The translations under genes and the position numbers were made by a program. From Marsupella aquatica (taxonomy: Eukaryota > Plantae > Marchantiophyta): DNA of 64,000 nt. The stretch spans positions 19,407,124 through 19,471,123 of the forward strand of contig OZ316897.1 of NCBI GenBank assembly GCA_973895155.1, given 5' to 3'. Shown here piece by piece: positions 40,210 through 53,457 of the stretch (its first letter is position 1; the number at the start of each line of letters is the position of its first letter). The notes beneath the pieces are model-generated. The model saw nothing but the letters and a program-made list of their open reading frames with translations. It was not told where the DNA came from and ran no database searches.

Positions 40210-41763
40210 ATGGATGATAAGTGTAGGTGTACGTACATCGATAGTGTGTCTTGGTTAGCGATGCGATAATCCGTTTGACTTCGATTCAAATTGAACCTTG
40301 AACTTACAATTAAGAAGGCATGCATTGAGGGGATTGTGTTCTAACTTGTCTGTGGAAGCTGGAAAATGAACATCGAAAAGGCTTGCAGGACAAGTGGCAA
40401 TTATCACCGGAGGTGCTAGTGGGATTGGAGCACGGACAGCCCGCCTATTCACGGAACATGGGGCGCGTGTGGTCATAGCAGACGTTCAAGCATCTCTCGC
40501 TGAGAAGTTGGTGAAAGAGCTAGGACCCCAGGCAGAGTTTATGCACTGCGATGTGAGGAAAGAGGAAGATATCATCAAAGTGTGGGACAAAGCTTACTCT
40601 ATGGAGAAAAGATTGGACGTTGTGCTTAACAACGCGGGAATCTTGGGATCCTTAGGGCCCCTTTACGAGTTGCCAATCGCGGAGTTCGATGCCACCATAG
40701 CCGTAAACCTACGAGGGATGGTGTTGGGTGTGAAGCACGCTGCACGCTTGATGATACCCGCGGGGCAGGGTAGCATTGTGTGCACTTCGAGTGTGGCGGG
40801 TCTGACCGGTGGTCTTTGTGCGTTCAGCTACTCTACAAGCAAGGGCGCTGTTATTGCGATGGTGAAGTGCGCCGCGGCAGAACTTAGACGCTTCGGAGTC
40901 AGAGTAAATGCCATCTCTCCGGATCTGATTGCCACTCCGATGGGTGTCGACTTAGTACAAGCAATGACAGGGGCTGGAACCAGAAAGTTCGACATCGGCA
41001 GCGCGGCGAAGATTGATGTTGACTCGACATCACCAGCTGAGGAAGACGCCTCGGCGAATATGACCGTGGAGATGCTCAACGACCTCCTAGACCAGCAGAG
41101 TTTGATTGTGGGTCACGCTTGCACTGACACGGACATCGCTAATGCTGTTCTATATCTGGCATCAGACACAGGGGGTTATATTACCGGCCAAAACCTGGCC
41201 ATCGATGGGGGCCGTGGAACGTTGAAACTCGTAGATCCGGAAAACAACGCCTGGGCTACCACGTACGTCCATAACACATCTAAATTCATTTTCTATTTCT
41301 CATTCCGTCTCACCTAAACTATTTGTGATCACGCCTTAAAGTGACTGTCAACACACCCGAACATATTCACTGAACTTAACGAGGTTTTCGTCGTTAACCA
41401 CCACCAGCGCCACTTTGGAATAGTCGGTTTTGTAGAGAGTCGTACAACTATCGTTCCTGCTGATTAACGTTATGCAGATCATTGTCTGGATGTAAAATTT
41501 TGATCTCAAGTAGCTGTTATGACGCTTAATTTGTACTAACAAGCATTCCAAGATCTAGCTGTTATTCTTGGTCACTTTTAGATCGACAGATTCTTACTCC
41601 CGTAGCTCAAGCGTGAAGGTCGAGTGAAGATTATGCTGGACCACTAATATGCCAGTTAACGGAATTATGCTCACTTTTGTGCTGTTCTATGAAATGGCTC
41701 TGCAGGTACCAGCCGATGTTCAATGTGGCCGGCCGACGAGGTTTAGAGGTTACCATCGAGTAA
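40210..41763 (+). CDS. Short-chain dehydrogenase/reductase of the ABA2/tasselseed2/momilactone-synthase-like group; exons 40210-40226, 40381-41262, 41706-41763
   Basis: RLAGQVAIITGGASGIG (TGxxxGxG), VVIAD, CDV, NNAG, CTSS, YSTSK (YxxxK), VRVNAISP, DIANAVLYLASDTGGYITGQNLAIDGG. First and last exons inferred from in-phase GT-AG sites. TATA-like TTTATATATG at ~40103. Confidence 0.9.
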
Positions 41764-42619
41764 AGATTATGCAGGAGTCTTTGCAGGTTGCAGACCCAAA
41801 TAATCGGGACCATCCGGCTTATCTGCAGCCATTCATAATGACGGCAACTGTCCAGCTGGAATTGCTTAACATGCTTTCGGTCGATCTTAGCTTAGTATCC
41901 AGAACTATCATCCGGTACAGATGTGCTTTTACAAAGTACTCGCAACGAGCAGTCAAGTGACCTTCATCGTTACAACTCTAATCTTTGGCCACGAAATTGT
42001 CGAAGTCTAGTTGAAATTAGGTCTACCAAGCTCGATCCAACGTTTAGTAGCAGGATTTTGTGCAAGGAATCCAAGTATTATGCACTCCGTACCTTTGAAC
42101 CTCAGTTGTCAACAGGTTGTCAAGCTTAATCCGTAATTGCTCGACAGATTCATGTGGTCTGAAGGTACGTGCCCTTTAATTAAGCATCTAAAAGCTCGAT
42201 GCAACTCTAGATTGGCCAGTCCATGGAGAAGGGAATAGAGTATAAATATATCTGATAGTTTATTGCCATGGCCGGCCATCATCGTGGACATAAGTTCTTT
42301 TTCGTGTAAATTAAGCGACTGACATGCAAGCATACTTTGATTTACAATCGACTGGAAATATCGTTTCTTGAGCGAGTTAGCAGTCATGAAGACGTAAGTG
42401 GAATTAACTTGTTGGTAGATGTGTTGATTTTCCACAGACGAGGTCCAACGAGGCCAATTTCCATATGAATTTTGGCCCTCAAAATTGCCTCAGACATGGC
42501 TAGCAGCTACTACTATTGACCGATTAACACCCTTAACCTTCATCCGGAATGTAAGCGAGTGTTCATTTGTGCTTCATAACATGAGCTCGCTGTGTCTTAG
42601 GTTTGAAGCACATAACTAC

Positions 42620-42677
42620 AACTTACAATAAACTGTCAATTTAGATCGAACTTACAATAAACTGTCAATTTAGATCT
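42620..42677. repeat. Tandem duplication, 29-bp unit x2
   Basis: AACTTACAATAAACTGTCAATTTAGATC twice. Confidence 0.85.
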
Positions 42678-45379
42678 ATTCCTCTAAAGATAGAATTGGA
42701 TTTTAAAAAGGACTCCATGTCCACGATCTACGCGTCACGGAGTAATCGAGATGTGGTAGATCCTGACCTGAAGCCCAATCAACCGAAGACAAATCTTACA
42801 ACTCGTCGTCACCATTGGTGTGATTTCGCAGTGTGTTGAAGTGCTCTGGACAAGAAATTTCGACGGATGGATCTGATCTCCAACACTGAAGGTGCAATTT
42901 CAGTTAGCAACGAAACTAGCCAGTCCCAAGTTTCCGCATTCGAATCTTGATTTGGTTTGCATCATCACAGAGGACACAAATCAGTCTATATACATAATGC
43001 AGCCGACTCTCTACTGAACCGGGGGGACGATTTATTTAGCTATGGCGAACCCATCATCCATCCCATAATCTCAGTCCCTTCTCCCTACAACGTCCCGGGC
43101 AGAGAATGCGTACATTCACACACATATCAAGCCATTCCCACAGCATCGCTAATTATAGCAACTGCTGCAAGATGGGTCTAAACTGCTGTTTGAGACTAGA
43201 TAGGTGTAAACTTGATCTCCAACTTCGGCTCTGTTCTGTTGCTCAAAAGTTGGAACCTCTTCCGAGATGGTGTCCCGAGAAAGGCCACAACAATCTTCTG
43301 ATGGTTATCTTCTTTGCCTGTCATTTGCTGTTGATTTTGAAATTCCCCATTTTTATCGGTAGGTTTGATTTCTTCTCTCCGGATGCCCTTGTCCGGGAAA
43401 TTTTCTTCGTACCTTGTTTAGAATTACAGAAGCAGTACTAGCATCGAGATAAATTTGTTCTATCTGTTCTGACCTGTCCAAAATCTTTGAAGATTACCAT
43501 TCACAGCAAATGCAGAGTATGTAAAATTAATGGCTTCAAACGTCTTGCTTGAATGGTTAAAGTGGAATCATGTATTCTTAAGTTTCTTAAGTACATAACC
43601 ATAGCTCATGAACGCCTTCGACTGTGACAGCTTCCCGTGCACTTTCTGTATGCTGGTGCGTACCTGTATTGGAACAGAATTTCTCGGTTTTGCTCGAGAC
43701 CACTACTCTTAAATGTAGTCATTGCCTTCCGGATGTTACCATCGCTTACGCAACACTTCGAATTTCCTTACTGATGGAACACTCAAATTTCCATGATTGA
43801 GTTATCTTCCTGACTGATGAGTGACCCTAACCGAGTGACACAACATGCTATCCTACTGCACAGTATAATTACTTATGTGATGAACTTTGCACTGAAGTTG
43901 ACAGCATCTGCCGTACAGCAACTTTGCAAATAACCTGCTATGAATCTCTAAGTTTGTGCCTAGAATCTCACCTTGATGAAAAAGAAACAAATTGCAATTT
44001 CTACTACATCGAAAGGATGTGCGAAGAAGTTGGCCGGAATGAGTAACAGACTTATTTTGGGTTTGCGGTAAGTCAAGAAGCGTAACGTACCAGTAGTCTA
44101 AGCAACTGATCCTGGAATCAAATCTTTCATGGAATGCCGTTCAGGTTGATTAGGGTTACCAGAAGCATGAGCCCCAGCAGAAGAGCAAGGAGCTCTAGAT
44201 ATTTACCAGAATATTTTTCCTCTCAGCTGGAGCTTTTCGAAGCTTCAAGACTTTCACCACGTCCATGTTCACTGCTTGTTTAAGTCAGTGTTTTGCATGT
44301 CCGTCCACCTTTTTTTGGAAGTAATTCAGCAGCACACATTTAAAGGTTTCAAGGACTTCTCTCACTTCTCTTCCCAAAATTCTGTGTCAGATACGTCATC
44401 CACTCTCCCAGCTTTACGGACATTTCCAGCGATCACTTGAGACTTGCGAGTGATCCTAACGTGAAAGTTCAGGTAAGTACCCGGCAGAGTAGAAGTTTCT
44501 TTCTTTCCCCTGAATGCCCCGCAAGTTGACATGAAGTCTCCCCGGGGAACATACTTGGCAAGTTGGGGAATGATATGTTGCCTTGCATAGAGGTCGTCAT
44601 CTGCTTCATTCTCAAAGAATAGGCTGAAGTGCTTTGCTGGTTAGGGACACGAGAACTTCATTCTATTTCATAGTCTCCTTACTCCACCTGATAGAATTTT
44701 TCATCTCTTTGTTGAGACGAGAGCTTTTGGATTGCTATCAATTCTATTCTTAGTGAACGCGTCTCGGGGCACAAAAAGCCTTTCTTTCCTTCACCTTTTA
44801 ATGAAAGCATTTCCCATCCATAGTAGATTAATTAAATCCAGATTGCCATCAAATAGACGACTACATGAGTTATGACTACCGACGGTGCAGCCTTTCAGTC
44901 CATTGTGTCCCCACCGCTCCTATGCGTTTTCAATCACATCGTGTAAAGAAATCTGACGACCCTACCAGAGAGACCTTTGTCCAGAGCAGGACGGAGAGCT
45001 TTTTTAATCACAAACACAACCATCCGATTGAACCACTCGGAGACACCGATACAAAATCGCTTTATTGCAAACTTAAGGCGGCAAGCAGCACAGTTGGACG
45101 CTATATTCAGAGGCCAGATTGACTGAGTGCCAGTCATAAATTTACAAGCTGTTCTTTGCCATAGAACTACAATACCACTTTCAATCCAGTTTGAACGTCT
45201 CAATCAATTGAATGATTGAAACGTCTGTTTCAACTAGCTTTCTGTCTTCTGTATTGCTGACATCAGAAGCCATAATTATTTGGTCATTGTCACTTTTTCC
45301 GATTACCTAGGAGGGAACTGGTCATGGAAGTACATCGATTCTCGGATGCAACTAATCGAAAGATGTTAAGGTTTCAGCC

Positions 45380-48300
45380 TCAGTTCGCCTTTGTAGCTAT
45401 GAAAAGACCCCACTTTTGCTCTCCACGACCGCATCTTTTCAACTTGGCTTCCCAGCCATCAACAATGTAGTTGTAGTCATACTGCACAATCCCCAAAAAA
45501 GCGGTGAGATGAACACTTTTGTACAATTGTCAAATCGATCCATTGCTCTGTTTTCCATCCAACGCACACTTCACATGGCTGGTGCAGTCACGGTGAAGGG
45601 GGAAATCTGTCTAGAGATCCTGTTAGCAGTAACAGAAGTAAATTAATGAATTTAACCGAAAACGTGCTGAGGTACCAAGACCAGGACAATAAGATTAAGA
45701 AAGCTGTACCTCTGAGAAGTCGGCAATAAACTGATCCCTGTTTATGCGAGTCACTTCGAGTTCTGCCTTCAAAATTTCGACAAACTGAGCAATGACAACA
45801 ACGACATAGCTCTCAGAACAAACAAGTAGAAAGAAGAGAGCTTGTTCCAATTGTACCGGCCATTCGGTGCGCAAAGCCATTATGTTTTGAAGCAGAGCCT
45901 ATTGACACTACAGGCTTCTGAACTAAGTGATCCAACGTCCTGAATCCACAAGCCAGATTAACACAGATCGATATCACATGCTCATCGTTTACAAACCTGA
46001 TCAGTCCGATCTTCGGCAACGACGTCTACGAAGCCAGCTTCGCTTAGCATCTACACAGTGCCACGTATGACTTGCATCAGACTAATCTAGATTCTCGCCA
46101 AGAGGAATATAGACTGTACAAGATCTCGTTACATTCCGACCTTTGCAGAAGCCAAATATACTGGCAGATATATACTGGCAAATATATTTACTGGAATGAG
46201 CTCCTTATTTGTACCTGGCCGTAGGCTTGCACACTGTGTAGATCATATCCACGCTGCTTGATATATGACTCGAAATCATCAGAAGATTCCTCTCCTGATT
46301 TGCAGTAATCGCTGATGAGAACTCGCCCGCCGGGTCTCAGCCAATCGAAGAACTCCTTGAACAAAGCGGGCTTATCCTGCAAGCAAGCAGACGTGCAACG
46401 CATAAGCGAGAGATCAGCTAGATAATACTCACAATCGTAACGAAGGCCAATACACCTATCCATGCTCTACTTTAAAAACCACGGAAGTGTAGTAACACAA
46501 TGAGTATTTTGAGAAGACCTTCCTTGAGAAAAATTGCGTTATAGGAGGTAAACTTTTTAGGAGGAAGGGGGAAGGACATGCACCTGGATGTGGAGAATTG
46601 TGTCTCTGCTGTAAACAACGTCAAAAGATTCTTTTGGAAACACCCTCTTCGTACAATCCGCAACTTCAAATTGGCATGCACATTTGAGTCCAATTGCTCT
46701 TTCCAAAGCAATCGAGATCATGTTTACAGACAGATCGATGCCAACAACCTCTACATCGTACTTCTCTGCCATGTAAAAGTCCCCACCGCCAATTCCACAT
46801 CCGACGTCCAACACTTTGCTCCCTGCCTTCAGATCAAGCCTTTTGACGAACTCCTCGGTAGTTTCTGCGAAGGCACAACGTCTGCTTTCAGTAGAAAGAA
46901 AAAAGAAGCTGCTATATCCTTGCTCAAAAGAACATCGAAAATATGTCACGGCATTCGCAGTGACAAGAACGATTCTGCTAAGCTTTCAAAGGGAAAGACT
47001 CACGCACTTAATCCTCCAGTGCTTACGAAGCCTGGGCCGAAGATGCGTTCATAGCGCAGGATGCCGGTGCTCGTGTATTGTACCGAGTCTAAAAATTGTT
47101 GGAAGCTCTTTTCCTCAGGACCGGCGCACGGAATCTTCTCCCACAACCAGCAGATCTGCATTAAGGGGACATATTTTCATCATGGCGGACGACATTCAAT
47201 CTAATCACAGAAGCTCAACTCCAAACCCGGCCCACCATTTCACAGAAAACTCAACTTCGGACAATATTAAATGACAGTCATTCCAAGATCCCGATACCTC
47301 AAATCATATTGATTCCGGTTCGGAGTCTCGGAATGCCTTCGCCAGTTTCCAGCTTAAGACACGGGTATGCAGTGGATGCTAACGAAGCACAGCTACTCTA
47401 TGGGCGGCAGCAAGTCAAGAGCTGTTCTTGAGCACTCTAAAGATTACCTGGTTTTGATTCTTTTTGTTGCGAACATAGGCGCCAACACATTTAGAGTTAA
47501 CAAGACTGAATTTGGAGTAAGTTCCGTCACTTTCTTCAGCAATGCACTCTTCAACAATCTGCTCATCACAACAAACATGCACGGATACTCTTGAGCAATG
47601 AATCGAACCAATTGCGAGTTTGTAACAGACGCATGATCAATCAGAGCATTGGCCAACGTTGATTCATGAGCCGTTTAACAATCATCTTCTTAAAATGTCA
47701 ACAACCGAAACCTCAACAGGGACCGAACTTGCGCGGACGATTGGCCTGTCATCTGTCCTGCCTGTAAAAGCTGTATAATGGATTCTTTATTGATCAATAC
47801 AGGATTTTATTCAAGGGAAAAGAAAAGGGAAACCTCAATGAAAGACGAACAGTATAACTCATAGATTTCGGGTTAACCGCACCGAATGATAGAAGCTGGT
47901 TGTACGATAGTGAGTTGGATTGTCTTTGCGCTTCAGGTCTCCAGACTGATGGAAGCAAGACTCCCGGAAGAAGAAATGGCCTCCAGGTTTGATCCATTTC
48001 ATCACTCTGGCGACGAGACCTTTCGCCTGCATGGCAAAATCCGTAAGCTCACAATCTACAGGAAAGCCGCAAAATCCGAAAAAAAAAGTTCTGTAAACAG
48101 ATGGGGGACTGGCAAAGCTTGTGCATCAGAATTGACTTATCAACCTCTGGAGTTATAGCCTAAGCATTGAATGCTCGTGAGCTGGTGACTAACCTCATCA
48201 TCAGATAAATACATGAGAAGCCAATTTGAGAACACGAGATCAGCGGAATCCGACTTTATTTTCTTGTCGAGCTCGGGTGAAGTGACATCCGCACAAAGAA

Positions 48301-49149
48301 AATCGACATTGCCGTAATGTCCGTTCACCTCCTTGTTCTGCGGTAATGCCGATAGGTAAGGATCATCTCCACCGTCCTCACACACTGGTTACTGGATAAA
48401 ACTAGAAAGTCGTTCGTGGGAAAGCTTTCGGAGCCAAGCATGCATTCATCAATCAAACTTTCTCTGTGAATGATGATATGAACGTACCTTCAGAATAGAG
48501 TTCTCCATGAAGTCCATGGCAATGACATGGCTGGCTTTCTGCGCAAGCTCCCCTGTGAAACGACCGATCCCAGCTCCAAGCTCAATGACAGTCTTTCCGG
48601 CAATGGGAGGAATTGAAGAGAGTATCTGCAAAAACAGCACCAGCCATCAGTAGAGTTCGTCATCGAAGATCATTGCAAAGAGGAAGACAGAGCCAAGTGG
48701 ACATGCAAGGAACCAATGAGCTGGCAATTGGCATAGCGGGCAAATCAGTAATACAATAATAGGAATTCAGAATCATACACACCTCTGGCCTTTCTTCTTT
48801 GTCGAGTTTCTCAGCCTGACTATCAAGCATCATGGCCTCCAGACTTAATTCCACTGTATGTTCTTTCCAGTACTTCTCTTGAATCTGCCTCTCGTCTGTG
48901 GATATGACCTCCACGACTCCATCTGTCCACACAAGATTAAAAACAAAGTTAGGCAGCGATTTGGTGGAGAACAATTTAGAAACAAACACAGAAAATTGAC
49001 CTATAGACGATACGATCGGTCCTTCCGGCTTCATTGCAACCGATTACATGATTTTCATTTTTAAGTAAAAGTCTTATAAAGATAATGGAAACTAATTGGA
49101 TATATTGGAAATCAGTGTAGTGACATATACCAGAGATAGTTGGGGACAT
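45380..49149 (-). CDS. PEAMT: Phosphoethanolamine N-methyltransferase (two SAM-MT domains); exons 49149-49131, 48922-48783, 48625-48488, 48337-48194, 48026-47883, 47558-47448, 47155-47008, 46864-46584, 46376-46215, 46050-45997, 45784-45710, 45481-45380
   Basis: [155 protein letters not shown]. All introns GT-AG and in phase. Exon 2 acceptor could be 27 nt further downstream. Confidence 0.97.
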
Positions 49150-49327
49150 AGCTTTTCTTGCGCTCGGTGCTCAAACCTCTGTCTCTTCCTAGCAAATCGG
49201 AACAGACGTCGAGTACGGAGAATTCTGCTGCTGTCCCCGAAATATGGAGCGCGTTCCGCTTCAGGTGAGAGCGACGATAGAGTCAAATGTTCATTCGGAG
49301 TCTCCACCTACGGAGAAACGATAACTC

Positions 49328-49405
49328 TCAGGATCCTTCAATTGCTGTTCTCGTTCGAGAAAAGCTTCGTGATCTCTTATTGCCAGACCGTCCCTTCTGC
49401 TGCAT
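49328..49405 (-). CDS. Conserved-peptide upstream ORF (CPuORF) of PEAMT, 25 aa
   Basis: ATGCAGCAGAAGGGACGG...GAAGGATCCTGA = MQQKGRSGNKRSRSFSRTRTAIEGS*, ending 178 nt before the PEAMT ATG. Matches the R/S-rich RSRSFSRxRxAxEG peptide of the XIPOTL1/PEAMT CPuORF family. Confidence 0.93.
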   Translation of the reverse strand: MQQKGRSGNKRSRSFSRTRTAIEGS

Positions 49406-50714
49406 TGCCCTGAGGATTGATGAAGAGATCGAGGGCACGGTGCCACTTGATAGCAAGAAATCTCCGAAATATACGCGAATGGCGCCAACAGCGCGCTCCT
49501 CTGCTACTTATGGAACCGCTCCGCTAAATCGACCACTCTTCAGTGCAACAGAGGAGCAAGATGAAACTAACGAGCGAAACAGACAACGAGCACGAACACT
49601 GTAAGCCGAAGAAGAAACAAAGTTACTTCCGATCAGTTGAGACTAGATTCACTCATGGATCTCTCTGTCAACGCCACAGGAGATCCAAGAATGAAGAATC
49701 CCTACAGCAAGTACGAAAGCAGACCAGCGATGCACAGCACAGTAATGTAGCACTACGTGGAGCGCATGAGCTGCATGAAGAAGCGATAAAGTACACTACA
49801 GTCCATTGACTACACAACATCCACCCACGGCAGTAATAAGTCTGTTGTTGTCGTCTGGGCCCGCAGAAGAGTGGTAAAAGGCTGGAAGCCTGGAACGTAT
49901 CCAACACTCCGATACTCAGTGCTCTAAAAATGGCACCTGTAGGGCCCGCGCAAGGCCCTGGATTTTGCGGAACATGGCTTACTGTTAATTAATTAACATC
50001 GACACGTCTTCCCGGTCGGGCATCTACGAGCTTGTCATAGGTTTCAAGTTCTTCAGGTGTCTTCAGTCCTCACCCATCCGACCCGTAACGCGTGGTGCAT
50101 TGAAGCAGAAAGGTTCTTGTTCGTTCGTGAAATTTTCACCACCGACAACCTCTTTCGTGAGAAGATTTACTCTCCTCTTTCACGAACTTCTTTCAACGAG
50201 AACATCCAGTCTCCTCACGTCTCACGTTGATTCTTGTCCGTTCGCAAGATTTCACCCGAGGAGAGATGAGAGAGATATTTCACCACTCACTACTTCACTA
50301 AGCTACCGGAGAGTCCTCGTCTTAAATCTGTCAAACCCTTTTGCCATAGCTCGACCTCTACATCATTCTGAAGCATCGATCCTGTCAAAAACACAATGAT
50401 GAAACGGAATGAGTCTTTCGTCTTTTCGGGGCTACAGTGTGAATCGATCGTCACTTGTCAGATGAGCATGAGTGGGAGCAGATCCTTGGGCTCGCCTCTA
50501 GTGAATCTGAATCACTCGTGGGATCGACGAGATTCATGACTGTAGCAAAGGATAGGAACAACATCCATCCCTGGGTCAGTGGGTCTGCAGTCCGCACTTC
50601 CAACTTTCCAAGAATGACGTCCTTGTCTGACCACAATCATGCACTGCATGAGCCAAAAACTTTTGTTCAAGTTGTGGAGCCCTCTATGTTGGCTTGTTTC
50701 GGCCACTCCTCGAT

Positions 50715-50825
50715 GGACGCGTGTAGAGGGCGTATACACCAAATGGGTGTATACGCGTGCCGATGGGTGTATACGCGTGTAGAGGGTGTATCGGATTTGG
50801 TGTATACGGCCGATGGGTGTACGAT
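50715..50825. repeat. Short tandem GGGTGTATACGCGTG repeats
   Basis: About 5 degenerate copies with palindromic GTATAC / ACGCGT cores. Confidence 0.75.
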
Positions 50826-51164
50826 GGTGAGTCACTCTGGTCCAGTCGTTGTGGACGTATGCTACTGGTCTGCTCGAATGCGCTTGGAAGTTGGAACTCA
50901 TAATTTTGGGTACACCCTAAGGAACAAAGGTTACCATGACTGTGTAATCATGTCTCGAGTTCTCTATTATTTCCATAATCTAAAGCCCAGAAAATTATGA
51001 TTATCTACAACGATAATGGATTCCTCCTTTTTTAGTTCTTGTTCAGAATACAAAAAACCTCTTGGGTGAGAAAGATCCACAGTGGTTGGATTCAATTGGC
51101 TGTTTTCCCTGATCATTGATGGAGTAAATGGACACCCCCCTTGCATATGTGTTTTCCCAAGTTG

Positions 51165-51442
51165 CCCCATAAATGCCCTAGCCCAACTCCCTATGGGCTG
51201 GCCCTCCTTACACCGTGCAACTTGCATAGGGCTTGTATATTGAAATGATAGTCTGGGCTGGTCTCAGTCCAAACCCTCCTCCCACAGGGCTTGTATATTG
51301 AAATGATAGTATGGGCTGGGTCCCAGTCCAAACCCTCCTCCCACATGCTTCCCGAGTAAGAGCTTTTTGTCACTTTCTGGTCACAAGATTATAGCCTTGA
51401 GGGTCTGGGGTGGGGTTTTAGTCCAAACCCTCCTCCCACAAT
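51165..51442. repeat. Repeat-family fragment with internal 59-bp tandem duplication
   Basis: AGGGCTTGTATATTGAAATGATAGT.TGGGCTGGTC.CAGTCCAAACCCTCCTCCCACA twice. The 5' part CCCCATAAATGCCCTA...ACTCCCTATGGG..GGCCCTC recurs at 62255-62410. Confidence 0.8.
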
Positions 51443-52941
51443 GCTCAAACAAGCTTCTCGAGTACAGTCAGCTTTTTATCAGTTTCTGGCCACAGGATCC
51501 TTTTTCGGTCATAGCCTAGTGACCTTTTCTGGTCACATGATTATAGCCTAGTGACCTTTTGCCTATACTGTCATTATCTTATACTTGGTTGCTCACCTCC
51601 CTATCCTCTTTTGCCCAACTTTTCCAAAAAAATTGTGTGTTCTTTTAACCTTGAAACTACTAAATGCCCCTCTCCTCCCTTCCCCACGCTTAGCATTTTC
51701 CTTTGGAGTAGGGTGGATACGTGCAAATTAATCCTCAACAACTTTGGTGTGCTGCAAATCTAGGTATTGACGGGGTTTACCTTGCCCTTGGGGTGGCTAG
51801 GCCCACAATCCTAGGCAGCTTTGGTGTGATCTGAACCTAAGTACTGACCAGAGTTTCAACTTGCAATTTCCATACCTGCATGCGCACCAAAAAGAAATGT
51901 TCCTGATAGTCATCGTTGACACATGCCCCTTACACCTGAATCTACACTATAGATCTTCTTCACTTTCAGGATGAGAGTTTCATCTGGCAATCACGATCTT
52001 AAACATGGAAGACAACTGATTAATTTTGTAAAAAAGCCTCATCTGTTTCTCTATGCTCATCTAGGCAGCACAATTTTGGATAAGAAGCTGGCAAATTAAA
52101 TTCTCCACTGGAAAAACACTGGTCCTTGTGTTTTGAGTGTAGGTAATATATTTGAGTAAGGGTGTTGTGTTCAAACAATGTCCAAATTCAAAACTTGCTT
52201 TCCAGGAAGAAAACCATTTCAAAAACAAAGCCTCTGGCTTACTGTTCTCACATAGACCTTGAGTTCTTGTAAAAATGATATTGCCATTTCACTTGCCTTG
52301 TTGTTTGCTCAAGAAAACATGCTGCTGGCGGGAAAAAAAGTTGTTGAATTTCATTGGTGCTGTCAGCAGGTACAGTAGCAAGGAAAAAAACCCTTATTGC
52401 TTCTTTCTCTATCCGCGTCAAGTGCCAATCCTAGACTCAAAAATTACCACCTCATCGCGACCTCTCTGTTGAGTCGAACGACGACCAGAAAACCAGTTCA
52501 GATAAGACAAAACTCCACTAGTCTATGAAAAAATCCAGAACATTTCTTTTGCTTGTCCCATCGTAGGCGATAAACACTTGGCAGCTAACCAAATACCAAA
52601 ATAACCAGCTCATCCTGATCTGCAAGTAGAGCTACACCATGCAACACCTCATGCAACGCACAGCTCACATCATCAAGATAACAAACTTTGGTCTCTCCTC
52701 CAAAAAATTGTCGAACAAAAAACTTTGCCAAAACTTCCACAACAACAAAAATTTGATTCCTCCACACCACAAACTCCGATGAGTGATTTCTAAGCACCAC
52801 TAGAATGCCCGTACCCCAATCTATCTGTTGACCCCATAAACTTTGAGTTCTATGCGACGGAACTCTAGAAAAATCACCAACACTAAACATTGGAAAAACC
52901 ATCACAAAATCCCAACACAAACATTATCACTTCCCATGCAT

Positions 52942-53308
52942 GCTCTGATACCAATTGTTGAACATAGATGATATTCACAATGACAAGCCCATGAAACATC
53001 CAATGCACAAGTAATCGACATAGAGAGATACATGGTTCACCTCAGCTGAGACTACGTCCTTGAGAACACACGAGAGCTTTACTGCACTCTAGGCCCGTTG
53101 GCCATACAGAGTCTTTGCAATACAAGATCTCCCTATCTCTTAATTGGCTCTGTAACAATGAACCTGAGTTCCTCTATCCAAGCAAACAACGTTGCAATAT
53201 AGTGTGCAACTTAGTTAAACCTAACCTAGTAGATAACTATGGTTAGCCCTAACTACGACTACAATCATAACCCTAGACCTACGAGTAAATATCTAACAAT
53301 CTTCCCCT
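52942..53308 (-). mobile_element. Copia-type LTR (52956-53298) with tRNA-iMet PBS and an upstream PPT
   Basis: Minus strand reads AGGGGAAGAT (PPT), TGTTAGATAT...TTCAACA (LTR), AT-TGGTATCAGAGC (PBS, 52953-52942). Confidence 0.88.
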
Positions 53309-53457
53309 ACTCTTGTTCATTTCTATGTATCTATTAGACTACGGCTTAGTTCTGGGTTGCTCTAGTTAGAAAGGGGAAATTGGTTTGGTTTTTTGTCCAA
53401 AATTCCTGTTGAGTAATCATATAGGCTAGCACTATTACACTCCCATAGACCAGAGTC

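Noticed and set aside
47100-47120. Suspected frameshift in PEAMT exon 7
   Set aside because: Recounting the T run (4 nt) gives CCT GAG GAA AAG AGC TTC, in frame; the gene is intact.
50455-51000. 181-aa ORF upstream of PEAMT
   Set aside because: Non-ATG start, runs through the GGGTGTATACGCGT repeats and shows no recognisable domain.
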